64,000 bases of DNA from assembly GCA_038087875.1 (NCBI GenBank), contig CM075992.1, positions 9,302,001-9,366,000 on the forward strand, read 5' to 3'. Origin of the DNA: Malacoraja senta (lineage: Eukaryota). Made by a program: the position numbers and the translations under genes. The notes under the pieces are model-generated. The model searched no databases. It was not told where the DNA came from and worked only from the letters and a program-made list of their open reading frames with translations. Shown here piece after piece: positions 35,173 through 48,544 of this stretch; the stretch's first letter is position 1, and each line of letters opens with the position of its first letter.

Positions 35173-38165
35173 GATCACAATAAGACTGCATATATATGTG
35201 ATGTTGGTGAACTTAACTGATGTCCAATTTACAAGTTAATTTGTTATAGGAGTAGAATTAGGCCATCCGGCCCATCGGGTCTACTCCGCCATTCAATCAT
35301 GACTGATGTCTACCTCCTAACCCCATTCTCCTGCCTTCTCCCCATAACCCTTGACATCCATTCTAATCAAGATTTTATCTATCTGCCTTAAAAATATCCA
35401 CTGACTTGGCCTCCACAGCCCACTGTGGCAATGTTCCCCAGATTCCCCATGTTCCCCAGAGATTACCCTCTGACTAAAGAAGTTCCTCCTCACCTCCTTT
35501 CTAAAAGAGTGCCCTTTAATTCTGAGGCTATGACCTCTGGTCCTAGACTCTCCCACCAGTGGAAACATCTTTTCCACATCCATTCTATCTATGCCTTTCA
35601 TTATTCTGTAAGTTTCAATGAGGTCCCCCCTCAACCTTCTAAACTCCAATGAGTACAGGCCCAGTACTGTCAAACGCTCATCATATGCTAACCCATTCAT
35701 TCCTGGAATCATTCATGTAAACCTCCTCTGGACCCTCTCCAGAGCCAGCACGTCCATCCTCAGATATGGGGCTATTTGATGAGAAGTTACAAATTTATTT
35801 TAACCCAATGCTTTTTAGAACGGAGACAAGGAAACACTTTTTTAGAACGGAGATGAGGACATTTTTTTTCTCACAGAGAGTGGTGAGTCTGTGGAATTCT
35901 CTGCCACAGAAGGCGGTGGAGGCCGGTTCTCTGGATGCTTTCAAGAGAGAGCTAGATAGGGCTCTTAAAATAGCGGAGTCAGGGGATATGGGGAGAAGGC
36001 AGGAACGGGGTACTGATTGGGGATGATCAGCCATGATCATATTGAATGGCGGTGCTGGCTCGAAAGGCCGAATGGCCTACTTCTGCACCTATTTTCTTTT
36101 GTCTATTGTCTAATGCTTTCAGAAACTGAAACTCCTAACCAGTGAGGACTTGAGACATGCAGCAACTGCAATGTTGTTCTGAAAAATGTCATAAAGATTG
36201 CCGCTTAACCTTCAAAACTTGACATTCAAACTAGCAAGTGAGATAATTCCATTTGTGGAAATAAAAGTTGAAACTATTTTGGCAGCCACACAGAATTACA
36301 GTATATAAGTATGTATTCGGACAATTGCAGATCCCATGATGCTGTGTGAAAAGCGAGTATGATGGGCAACTCTGTAATGGGAGTTATTTAGCACAATGGT
36401 CCAATGGTACTTTATTCTTACTTGTGCCTAAATACTGTGAAATTCTATTTTTGCCAACAGTTTAGTGACAGTCCTACTATACACTAGGCACATCATACTA
36501 AGTACAAGAGTGTGAGATAATAGACCGTACTGCACCAGTATACAAGAGACGCCATGTTTGAGGCGCCATCTTATAACCTTCCAGTCCAATTTTTTTTTTA
36601 AATCTTGAGTCTTAACTTGACCACAAAGGTCTGTTGTTTTGGTGGCCGCACTGCGTTATGGAGTTGCATGGGTCATAACTCACAGGAGCTGAATTAGGCC
36701 ATTCGGCCCATCGAGTCTTGCCAGGGTCAAGCCAGGGTTGTCCTGGCCAGGTGATGTGTCGATGTCCTCCACCGCTGCGCTGCTGCTCCGTGCCGCTGTA
36801 AGCCGCGTCTGATCCACGTGCTCAGCTACTTGGAGCGGAGCAGAATCTAATGGAGCCCCAGGCTGCTTCAGGGCTTCCAGCGGCCTACTCCGCTGACTCA
36901 ACCGCAGCCAGTGAATGTGTCAACAGTTAAAAAGTCACTAATAATGGCTCAGTGGTGCTTTATTGTCATGTGTGAAAACACGCTGCTATATTATTTTCCT
37001 TCAGTAAAGTATTACCATGCCTAAGCACAACCCTGATTTAGCAACATGTACAGAAGCAGTCCACTGAGATGGCATGCATGAGGCGCCAGATTTTGGCGCC
37101 ATTTTTGAAGTCCAGTCCAAAGATCATCTGTGCTCAAGGTATTATGAGCGGTGCCCGATCCAGGCGTGCCCCAGGCTGCTGCAGGGCCTCCAGCCAACGC
37201 CACCCTTGGACATCAGGATTGTCTGGTGAACCCACGTCCCTCTCCTCGCCCGTCCACGTTTGTGCTTCCCGTAGCCAACCTTGCCGGCGCGGAAGACCAG
37301 TCCCCGGATCACTCTCTACTGGACTTCCTCCTCGCGTCCGTCCTTATCGGCTCCATCCTCTCTGGTCTTTGGGAGACGAGCAAGGGCCGGCTTGGCGGCT
37401 TCCCCCTACAGTCCGCAACCCACGGGGCCTTCATTCGTCCGGCCACACGCCGCGTCAGGTCTTTAAAGTCATAAGTGCATCAGTTCAGAGTAGCAAGGTA
37501 CTTCAATTGTAGAAAACAGACAAACATGGACTCTGGAATCAGGTTTAAATAGTAGGTCCAAAGTCAAATAGTGCCCCAAATATAAGGGAATCATCTGCTG
37601 AGGCAAAGCCATAGAAGGGAGGTTGCTATAACTTTGAGGTGAATGACATATGAGACAAGTATGTTTGTGTAACGTGAGTGATGGTGGAAATAACAACTTC
37701 AAAATGAGAGTACAAGTTAATAATCAGGGCATGAGCAAAAAACACAGTGCAGCCTGAAGGAGGGTCCCGACCCAATGGTCCCGACCCGAAACGCTGTCTG
37801 TTCATTTGCTTCCACAAATGCTGCATGAGCTGCTGAGTTCCTCCAGCACTCTGGGGGGTTTTTTGCGCACACATTACAGACTGCTGCATCTAGGGATGAG
37901 GAAATTTGATAAAGTCAGTTCCTCCCAATAGAAGAACCTCTGGCCAGCATAATATCAATGCATCTCAATCGAACATGGAAGAATCCAGCCAGAGTGAGGC
38001 CCAGTGAGTGTGAGGCCCAGCGCAAACTGGAGGAACAGCACCTCATATTTCACTTGGGCAGCTTACATCCCAGCGGAATGAATTTTGATATCTCTAACTT
38101 CAAGTAACCCTTGCTTTCCCTCTCTCTGTCCGTCCCCATCCTAGTTCTACTGTCCTCCTGATTAA

Positions 38166-38900
38166 ATCATAATCATAATCATATTCATACTTTATTAGCC
38201 AAGTATGTTTTGCAACATACGAGGAATTTAATTTGCCATACAGTAATACCAATAAAAAGCAATAAAACACACAAAATACATTTTAACATAAACATCCACC
38301 ACAGTGACTCCTCCACATTCCTCACTGTGATGGAAGGCGAAAAAAAGTTCAATCTTGCCCTTCTTTGTCCTCCAGTGGTCGGGGGCCTCTAACCTTCCGT
38401 TGACGGGACGATCTTACTCCTGTAGCCGGTGGTGGGCCTCCTCGTTGGGGCGATCAAATTCCTGCATCGGGTGGGAATCTCAGCTCCCCCGTGCCGGGCG
38501 ATCTACCCCGGGTCGGGACTAGTCAAACGTCGTACAGCTTTCGGAGCTTCCCGACGTCGGACTCTTACCTGAGACTGCGAACTCCTTGATGTTAATGTCA
38601 ATCCCAGGCAAGGAATCGGCACCGATGGTAAGTCCACGCCCTGCGGTGGGGCTCAAAGTCAGTTCTGAGCAAGGCCTCCAGCTCCATGATTTTATGCCGC
38701 AGAGCGACCGGAGGTACAATCGCATCTCCCGCAAGGTAAGAGATTGAAAACAAGTTTCCCCCGACCCCCTCCCCCACATAAAACAAAATAGAGAACATTA
38801 ACACATACTTTTTAAACACACTAAAAATAACAAAAAATAGACGAAAAGACAGACTGATCGTTGGCGAGGGTGCCATTGCTGACGGCGCCACCCGGTGGTA
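38166..38900 (-). mobile_element. Non-coding retroposon family with (ATGATT)n tail; partial copies at 8760-8940, 28700-28990, 33180-33730, 41810-42070
   Basis: High identity between copies, shared tail CTTGGCTAATAAAGTATGATTATG, no ORF. Confidence 0.7.
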
Positions 38901-39896
38901 TCAGTAAATATTACTGATTGCGTGTTGCCACCTTCCCCTCAGCTAACAATGAAACATTCTACATTTCCTTATCTTCATTTGCTTTGATCTGTTATGTTCA
39001 CACCTTACCCTTCTAGATCTTTAGTCTCCCTCTCCCCTGACTCTCAGTCTGAAGAAGTGTCTCGACCCAAAATGTCACCCATTCCTTCTCTCCAGAGATG
39101 CTGCCTGTCCCCGCTGAGTTACTCCAGCATTTTGTGTCTATCCTTGTGCCTGCGCCGACCACAAGGACAGAATCAATGAATACCATCTGTCTGCATGTGG
39201 TCCATATCCCTGGAGACAGGCATAACCAGAGGCCAGAAACAAGCTGCTGGAGGAAGCGGCAGGACAAGGCAGCATCTGTGGAATTGACAGATAAAGGTTT
39301 TGGGCTTCAGTAAGATTGGACCAGCTATGATCTTACTGCATTAACTAGAAGTAATCATTAGAGAAGTGCTCATTAAAGCTGAGAATATTGCCAAGCGATG
39401 CTCTGTACAAATTGGAACAAGGAGGGGCGGCACAATGGTGCATTGGTAGTGTTGCTGCCTTACAGCACTAGAGGCCCAGGTTCGATCCTGACTATGGGTG
39501 CTGCCTGCAAGGAGTTTGTACGTTCTCCCTGTGACCACATGGGTTTTCTCCGGGTGCCCTGGTTTCCTCCTGCACTCTAAGCAAGTACAGGTTTGTAGGT
39601 TAATTGGCTTCTCTAAATTGTAAATTCTCCCCAGTGTGTGTAGGATAGTGTTGGTGTGCGGGGATCGCTGGTCAGCACGGACTCGGTGGGTCGAAGGGCC
39701 TGTTTCTGTACTGTATCTCTAAAGACAAAGGTCTGAACAGGATTACCCCTTACAAGGTAGGAATGACAGTAGACTGATACTGCATGGAAAACTAGTGGGA
39801 AAATGTTGAGACAGAATAAAGAAGGTACTCCAGTGGTCCTGTGTTCTTAGTTTACAGAGGTCACCGAACAAGCTTTTATTGACGTACCGTAGAAAG

Positions 39897-41315
39897 ACAT
39901 CATCCTCGGCGGTCACTCGAAATGAGTATGACTGTCCTCTCATGGAGGACGCCTGTGCGTGAATTTGTTTAACGTGGGGAGACTGGTTCACAGACAGCCA
40001 CCACACGGTCCTTGAGAGATCTGGGTCAGGATCTAGTGGCATGGAGTCCAAGACGACTGGAGATCCTTTTCTGCTGCAGCCTTCATCCGCCTTCCCAGCC
40101 GTTGTGACACTCCACTAAGGTCAGCCATCGTCCTCCGCCTGTTCCACCGTTGAGGTCTTGGTTGGATTGCTCTTTGTAGGTATGTTACAAAACTTACCTT
40201 CAGTCGTGCTGTAATTCTGCCGTGTGCGCGATTTTGGCGCCTTTAAGGGGGGGCGGGGTTAAAACGCGGGTTTCTCCTCCCTCGTCCTGGAGTACAAGCG
40301 TTGGCTGAAGAATCGTTCCTAGTGGCCTTTTGTGTATTTTTTATTTTTATTAAATCAATGTCAGCGCTGGAGTAATTTTAAAAGCAGCTCCTGAAGCGTC
40401 AACGCCGTTAACGGGGACGTATTTCACACACGGGACAGGTAAACGAAAGTGGTTTCTTTAAATGTATAAAAGTGCTTCTTAAGAAGCCTTTAATTCACAT
40501 TTTTTCATGCGACACAGTGATTTTACTCCCCGAATTAACGGCAGTATTTTTCATGCCAATACGGGGTTAAATTCACCGCAAATGAACGTTCCAAAAGATC
40601 GCGTTCCAGAAATCCTCACTCACAAGATGATTTAAATGCCCATTAATTTACAGGTATTAAACATTCAATTCCTTCCATTTGGCCTGTAAATTCATGAAAA
40701 TGAGATTTAAAAATTATGTTATATTGTGAATTATTGTGTGAATGTTATTTGGACACTTAGGTTATTTAAAAATGTTAATCTATTCTTAAGAAATTGATAG
40801 ATGTTTAGATCTAGTAATTGAATTTTGCAATTAGCTACAATTAGGTAACTAACTAATTATATGCTTTACTTTCATGTCTTCTAAGTAAGATTGTTTCATA
40901 TTTGTTTCAGAATGCTTCAATCTATAATAACTGAAAATTTCTTTCAGTTATCTTAATTTTTAAGAAAGTTATGGGCTTTTAACTGTCCTCGATCACAGCT
41001 TTTGTGTTAAGTCAATGGAAAAGCAATAGGGAACAAGATGCTAATTTCCGAGTATGAAAATGGCCATAACTTCTTTAATACTGAAGATATGAAAGTGAAT
41101 TAGGTGTCAAATTAAACTTCTTTTTATGCTTTATCTGATGGGATCAATTGCAGACTTTATTTTTTAAATCTCAAAATTTTGTAACATTGCTACTCTTTGT
41201 CAGGGACCTCCCCCTCGACCTTACCACCATGGGTGGCCCTACCAGGAGCATAGCTCCAGACGGCATCGCTCTCAGGATCTCAGGTCCACACAAGCTTCTC
41301 CACCACGACAAGGTA
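39897..41315 (-). mobile_element. RTE-derived non-autonomous (bipartite) retroposon, split by the 7-bp-TSD transposon
   Basis: 5' end ACCTTGTCGTGGTGGAG...GAGCTATGC...GGGCCACCCA resembles RTE/BovB 5' UTRs; ends in a GATGATG tail; no ORF. Confidence 0.55.
40177..41192. mobile_element. Non-autonomous DNA transposon, same family (copy 2)
   Basis: Colinear with 4012-5033; TSD CTCTTTG at 40170-40176 and 41193-41199. Confidence 0.85.
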
Positions 41316-44300
41316 TCCCAACTGGGTGCATCATGGCCTGGTATGACCATTCCAACACACAGGAACACATGAGGCTGCAGAGGGTAGTGGACTCAGCCAG
41401 GTATATGAGAAGCTGCCTCAAGAAGGCAGCATCTATCATCAAGGATCACCACCATCCTGGCCATACCGTCTTCTCGCTGGTACCATCAGCTAAGAAGTAC
41501 AAATGCCTGAAGTCCCACCACACTGGGCTCAGGAACAGCTACTTTCCTACAATTGTTTTGATACAACTTACAGAACCCTAATCTGACCTCGACAATGAAA
41601 CAGTAACATGTACCTCTTGCAATACCATAGACTACTTTCTTTTAGAATTGTATGGATAATTAGTTGTTGTTGTTTTTTCTGAGTCTATGTGCCTGGGCTG
41701 CTGATGAAAGGGAGATTTTCATTGTACCTGTGCCTCATTGTACATGTACATCTGACAATAAACTTAACTCGACTTGAAAGGATTGGGAAAATCTATTCAA
41801 TGTGACACCCCACGGCCACCAGGGGCGCCGCACGATTAGCAGCTCTGCCAACAGTCTGTTTGTTTTTTCGTCTTTTAAAATATTTAGTGTGTGTTTAAAG
41901 TCTGTGTAAATGTTCTCCGGTTTGTTTTATGTGGGGGGAGGGGGAAACTTTTTTTTCAGTTTCTTACCTTGCTGGAGATGCGATTACTTTTCAGATCGCA
42001 TTCTCTGGTCGCTCTGCGGCCTACCATCGATGGAGCTGGAGGCCTCCTCAGACTGACCTTGGGCCCCACCGGTGGAACTTCATCCAATATGGTGAAGCAG
42101 AGAGAGTGGGGGAAAAGAAATGAAAACATCGAGACAATCATAGAGAAGAGTTTGTGTACAGAGACCTTTCCTCAGCTGTTCAGGGGAGGGGAGGAGGTGG
42201 GAGGTAGAAGACATGCAGAATTATCTTCTGAATACTGGAGAGAAATCCTATTATGCCCAGGTGGACTAATTTATCCTGATTCTGTTAACTGAGAAAAGTG
42301 CTAATAAGAGTGCAAGATCTAGGTTGAGGTTTATTATTGTCATGAGTACCGAGGTACAGAAAAAACCCTTGCTTTACATGCTATCAGATCAGATAATACT
42401 GGACATAAATACAATCAAGTCGCAATCAAGTAAAAGGGAAGATACAGAGTGCAGAGTGCAGTTCTCAGCATTGTAGCGCACCAGTTCCAGAGACAAAGTC
42501 CAATGCCCGCAATGGGGTAAAGGTGAATGGGACAGTACCCTAGCTTATGGTTACCTGGGCAGTCACGGTGACGCAGCGGTAGAGTTGCTGCCTTACAGCA
42601 AAATGCAGCGCCGGAGACCCGGGTTCGATCCAGATTCCGGCCCTGTCTGTACGGAGTTTGTACGTTCTCCCCGTGACCTGCGTGGGTTTTCTCTGAGATC
42701 TTCGGTTTCCTCCCACATTCCAAAGACGTACAGGTTTGTAGGTTAATTGGCTTGGTGTAAATGTAAAAATTGTCCAGTATAAATTGTCCAGCTTCCAGTA
42801 TAGTCCCTGGTGGATTCTTCGGAAGGTACAAGGGGCAAGGGGCAAGGTTATGGAAGGACCATTCGGAAGCCTCGGAGTAACTTGGATAAATCTGTTAAAA
42901 TGTTAAGTTAATTTATTTTAAAGGAGTGTGGCATCGTTTCTGAAATGTCGCCTGGGACTGAAGTAAGAAACAGGAATAGGGGTGGGTCAGGAAGCCCCTT
43001 GAGCTACTCTGCCAATCGGTAAGACCATTATTGATCCAACCTTGCCTTCAATAGACAATAGGTGCAGGAGTAGGCCAATCGGCCCTTCGAACCAGCACCA
43101 CCATTCAATGTGATCATGGCTGATCTTCCCCAATCAGTACCCCGTTCCTCCCTTCTCCCCATATCCCCTGACTCCGCTATTTTTAAGAGCCCTATCAAGC
43201 TCTCTCTTGAAAGCATCCAGAGAACCTGCCTCCACCGCTCGCTGAGGCAGAGAATTCCACAGACTCACAACTCTCTGTGTGAAGAAGTGTTTCCTCGTCT
43301 CCGTTCTAAATGGCTTACTCCTTATTCTTAAACTGTGGCCCCTGGTTCTGGACTCCCCCAACATCGGGAACATGTTTCCTGCCTCTAGCGTGTCCAAACC
43401 CATAATAATCTTATATGTTTCAATAAGATGCCCTCTCATCCTTCTAAACTCCAGAGTGTACAAGCCCAGCTGCTCCATTCTCTCAGCATATGACAGTCCC
43501 GCCATCCCGGGAATTAACCTTGTAATCCTACGATGCACTCCCTCAATAGCAAGAATGTCCTTCCTCAAATTAACACCACTTTCCTGCTCTCTCCCAATGC
43601 CCCGAGGCTCTTGTAGTTTAGTTTATTGTTACGTGTTTGGAGGTTTGTGGTGGTACGCTGGTGCAGCGGTACAGTTGCTGCCTCACAGCATCAAAGTCCC
43701 GGGTTCGATCCTGACCACAAGTGCTGTCTGTACAGAGTTTGTGCGTTCTCCCCGCGACAGCACGGATTTTCTCCAGGTGCTCCGGTTTCCTCCCACACTC
43801 CAAAGAAGTACAGGTTTGTAGGTTAATTGGCTTCGGTAAAAATTGAATTTTGTCCCTCGCGTGCAGGATAGTGTACAAGGTGGTTGCTGGTCGGCATGGA
43901 CTCGGCGGACCGAAGGGTCTGTTTCCGCGCTGTATCTCTAATGTCTAAAAGCTGTTCGATGCTGCTGATGAGAATGCACATGTCTGGGCTGATGTGTGGG
44001 GAGGGAATCGAGGCACAAGGTTGATCGCTTTCAAATGACCATTGAACCAAGGGGTGCAAATTACTTAATCATAGAGTGAAACTGGATGGAAACAGACCCT
44101 TCGGCCCAAATCTGATCTGCAGTCTGATGAAGGGTCTCGACCCAAATCTTCACCTATTCCTTCTCTCCAGAGATGCTGCCTGTCCCACTGAGTTACTCCA
44201 GCATTTTGTGGTATCGTTTCTGAAATGTCGCCTGGGACAGTGAAGTAAGAAACAGGAATAGGGGTGGGTCAGGAAGCCCCTTGAGCTACTCTGCCAATCG

Positions 44301-45824
44301 GTTTGACCATTATTGACTTCACCTATTCCTTCTCTCCAGAGATGCTGCCTGTCCCACTGAGTTACTCCAGCATTTTGTGTCCCCTTCAGTAAAAAATACT
44401 TACTAACACTATGTACCATATCCCAAGTCGGGTCTCTCTCCTCACCTCAAGGTTGTTACTGCTTTAAGGATCCTGTCACGTGACGAACTGCTCTGGGTTG
44501 TAACAATAAGGGCAAATTTTAAAGGAGATGCGCTGGACAAGTTATTTACACAGAGGGTGGAGGGTGCCTGGAACGCACTGCCAGGGATGGTAGTGGAATC
44601 AGATATGATAGTAGCTTTACAGGGGATTTTAGACAGGCATGTGGATATGCAGGGAATGGAGGGACATGGATCACATGCAGGCAGAGTTTACCTTGGGATT
44701 TTGTTTGGCACAGACATTGTGGGCCGAAGGACCTGTTCCTGTTCTGTACTTTTAGTTTAGTTTAGGGACACACCGCGGAAAAAGGCCCTTAAGCCCACTG
44801 AGTCCACGCCGACCAGCGATGCCAGCACACTAACACTAGGGACAATTTACAATTTTTACCGAAGCCAATTAACCTACAAACCTGTATGTCTTTGGAATTC
44901 AAGATTCAAGATTCAAGAGAGTTTATTGTCATGTGTCCCTGATAGGACAATGAAATTCTTGCTTTGCTTCAGCACAACAGAACATAGTAGGCATTGACTA
45001 CAAAACAGATCAGTGTGTCCATATACCATTATATAAATATATACACACATGAATAAATAAACTGATAAAGTGCAAATAACAGATAATGGGCTATTAAAGT
45101 TCAGAGTTTTGTCCGAGCCAAGTTTAATAGCCTGATGGCTGTGGGGAAGTAGCTATTCCTGAATGTGGGAGGAAACCAGAGCACCCGGGGAAAACCCACG
45201 CAATCACGGGGAGAAGGTACAAACTGCATACAGACAGCACCCGTAGTCAGGATCGAACCCGGGTCTCTGGTGCTGTGAGGCAGCGACTCTTCCGCTGCGC
45301 CACCGAGTTCTATGTTCTAATAGTTGTGGCAGACTGTGATGAGGCCTTAAATGAACACACATGTCGGTTGGGCCACTCGTGTCTCATATGGGTTAACCTG
45401 TGCATTATGCTGTGGACTGTGTTGAGATTAAGAACCCACTGAGCAAATATACTATACAAGAATCGAAGGTAGACAAAAATGCTGGAGGAACTCAGCGGGT
45501 GAGGCAGCATCTATGATCTACTATTGATTTTTCCAGCATCTCCAGTTCTTTCTTATACAATAATCAGGAGCCTTTTTTTTAGGTGTCAAAAGTGGTGGTC
45601 ATCACCTGGTCCGTCATGGGTACTGACCTCGCCACCATCGATGGGATCCGAAGAAAGCACTGCCTCAAAAGGCATCAAAGATCCATACCAGCCTGGCCAC
45701 ACTTCTGCCATCGGGAAGAAGATATAGAAGTCTCAAAACTATGACCTCCTGGTTCAAGAACAGCTTAGTCCCAACAACCATCAGCTCTTGAACACTGCAC
45801 AACACCAACGAAATTATGAACTAA

Positions 45825-46070
45825 AGGGCCAGTCCCACTTGGCGATTTTTTCGGCGACTGCTGGCGTCATATCAGTGTCGCCAAAAGTTTTTGAACATTT
45901 TAAAATCCAGTGCCGACAAAAAAAATGTTGCGACACTTGAAAAAACGCTGTGCATCAAACGTCATCACGCTGCATCACAGCTGCATCATGCCGCAAATTT
46001 TTCGGTGACCTGATACGTCAGTCAATGATGCCGGCAGTCGCTGAAAAATTCGCCAAGTGGGACAGGCCCT
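45825..46070. mobile_element. PIF/Harbinger-type MITE
   Basis: TIR AGGGCCAGTCCCACTTGGCGA / TCGCCAAGTGGGACAGGCCCT with TWA flanks. Confidence 0.8.
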
Positions 46071-46554
46071 TTAGTTGCATTAATGACTTTGGGCTTTTTA
46101 TGCAATAGTATAGGGGTTGTTAATTTATTGATTTATTTAGTTTATTATACGTTATCTATAAATACTATGTTTACAGGTCGGTAATGCAAGTAAGAATTTC
46201 ATTATTCAGTTGTTGGTACATATGACAATTAAACACTCTTGATTATTGTTTAAGAAAGAACTGGAGATGCTGGAAAAATTGAAGGTAGACAAAAATGCTG
46301 GAGGAACTCAGCGGGTGAGGCAGCATCTATGGAGAGAAGGAATGGGTGACATTTCCGGTCGAGACCCTTCTTCAGACTCAATGTCATTGTTCCATTTCAG
46401 TGGATGCTGCCTCACCCGCTGAGTTCCTCCAGCATTTTTGTCTACCTACCACCTTTTGTAATCTCCTTTTGTAATCTACAGCGTCAGAGGCTGCAGTAGG
46501 GCCCGGTCGAAATTACCTCTGCCACCATGACATAGAGTCATACCGCCTGGAAAC

Positions 46555-46606
46555 GGGGTCAAGGAAAGAGCGTTCACGTCGCGGCCCTGTTTCCACCAAT
46601 CTTTCC
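46555..46606 (+). ncRNA. Minimal HDV-like (CPEB3-type) self-cleaving ribozyme at the 5' end of a short retroposon (family A)
   Basis: P1 GGGGUC/GGCCCU with G1-U wobble; P2 GGAAAGA/UCUUUCC; P3 GCG/CGC; L3 UUCACGU; J4/2 CCAA with C75-equivalent at 46596; P4 replaced by a short linker. Confidence 0.85.
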
Positions 46607-46719
46607 ACCACCATGCAAAAGAAGCACAAGACAGACGCCATTGTATGCAGATGCAGAGAAGTGTGTTCAGCTCTGGCTGAACAACTTCTAATGTTGTATG
46701 TGGACTCGACAAGAAAAAG
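46555..46719 (+). mobile_element. Ribozyme-headed short retroposon, family A
   Basis: TSD GCCTGGAAAC at 46545-46554 and 46720-46729; AAG-type tail; inserted in a CR1 tail. Confidence 0.85.
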
Positions 46720-48544
46720 GCCTGGAAACAGGCCCTTCGTTCCAACTTGCCCACGCCGACCAACATGCCCCATCTACACCAGTTCCACTGCCTGCGCTTG
46801 ACCCATAACCCTCTAAACTTATCCTATCCATGTACCTGTCCAAATGTGTCTTAAACATAAAACAATAGTACCTTCCTCAACTATCTTCACTAGCAGCTCG
46901 TTCCACATACACACCAATCTTTGTGCAAAAAAGTTACCCCTCTGGTTCCTATTAAATCTTTCCCCCCTCATCTTTTGTTCTTGATTCCCCTACTCTGGGC
47001 AAAGGATTGTGCATTTACCCAATCCATTCCTCTCATGATCTTGAACACCTCTATAAGATTACTCCTCATCATCCTGCGCTCCAAGGCATAAAGTCCTAGC
47101 CGGCTCAACCTCTCCCTATAGCTCAGGTCCTCAGGTCCTCAAGTCCTGGCAACATCTCGTAAATCTTCTCTGCGCCCTTTCCAGCTTGACAACATCTTTC
47201 ATATAACTTGGTGATCAAAACTGAACACAATACTCTAAATGTGGCCTCACCAATGTCTTATCCAACTGTAACATGACCCTCCCAACTTCTATATTCAATA
47301 CTCTGACTGATGAAGGCCAATGGGTAGAGCTACTGCCTCAGCGGTAGAGCTACTGCCTCACAGTGCCAGAGACCCAGGTTAGATCCTGACTAACTGAGCT
47401 GTCTGTACAGAGTTTGAAAGTTCTCCCCATGACGTGCGTGAGTTTACTCCGAGATCTTCGGTTTCCTCCCACACTCCAAGGACGTGCAGGTTTGTAGGTT
47501 AATTGGCTTGGAATAAATGTAAAATTGTCCCTAGTGTGTGCAGGGTAGTGTTAATGTGTGGGGATCGCTGGTTGGCGCGGATCCGGTGGGCTGAAGGGCC
47601 TGTTTCGGCTCTGTATCTCCAAACTAAATTAAACACCCTATGTACCTGTGAGCTTAGATACCGTTTGGCATGATCCTCGAACCATAGTATATGTTGGAGG
47701 GCTTCAATGTCCTGATTGTGTTCCACGACATATATTTATCTGTGTGTTGCTGCATTTACGGGCCAGTTAAGTTGCAGCAAAGAAGAATCTCATTGTCTGT
47801 ACATATGACACTCAGTAATATTGTAGGGGTGGCTTCACCAGAAGGAAAGCAGCAATTCAAGGAAGTGCTCACTGCCATCTTCTCAAGGACAAGGAAGAGT
47901 GGGTGTTAAATACTGGCCTTGACAATAGCATGGCATTGTGATAAATGTGAGGTGAAGTGTATCCTCAGCAGTACATTGAAGTGTCAGCAGAGCTTGGTTT
48001 GCCTTCCAGGCAAAATCTATGGGAATAGCCACAGTGAAGAGGTTGCAGGCAGTGGGGAGAGCACTCCCAAGATGTCTCTATCAGAAGATAAGACACAAAA
48101 AGCTGCAGTAACTCAACGGGTCAGACAGCATCTCTAAAGAAAAGGAATATGTGATGTTTCGGTTCGAGACCCTTCTTCAGCATGGTCTGAAGAAGGGTCA
48201 GGACCTGAAACGTCACCTATTCCTTCTATCCAGAGATGCTGCCTGTCCCACTGAGTTACTCCAGATTTTTGTGTAAATCTTCAGTTTAAACCAGCATCTG
48301 CAGTTGCTTCCTACATATGTATCTATCAGTACCTGGTGGAAAATTGTGCAATGTTCTGTTGAAATGCTACCTAACATGTTGGAATGTATGTTCATAATAG
48401 AATTAATATTCTTTAAAAGAATATGTGAATAGGTTAGATGCATATGCTGGTGTGCGTGCTGCATTAGGTTTTATTTTGCAATTTACAAGCATTGTATTGA
48501 GAAAGACAGCCGTCTCTGCCTGGCAAGATTGACGGGCGCACTGA

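Noticed and set aside
25430..48500. Additional protein-coding gene in the intergenic interval
   Set aside because: No exon with recognisable protein similarity found by eye; small exons or lncRNAs cannot be excluded.
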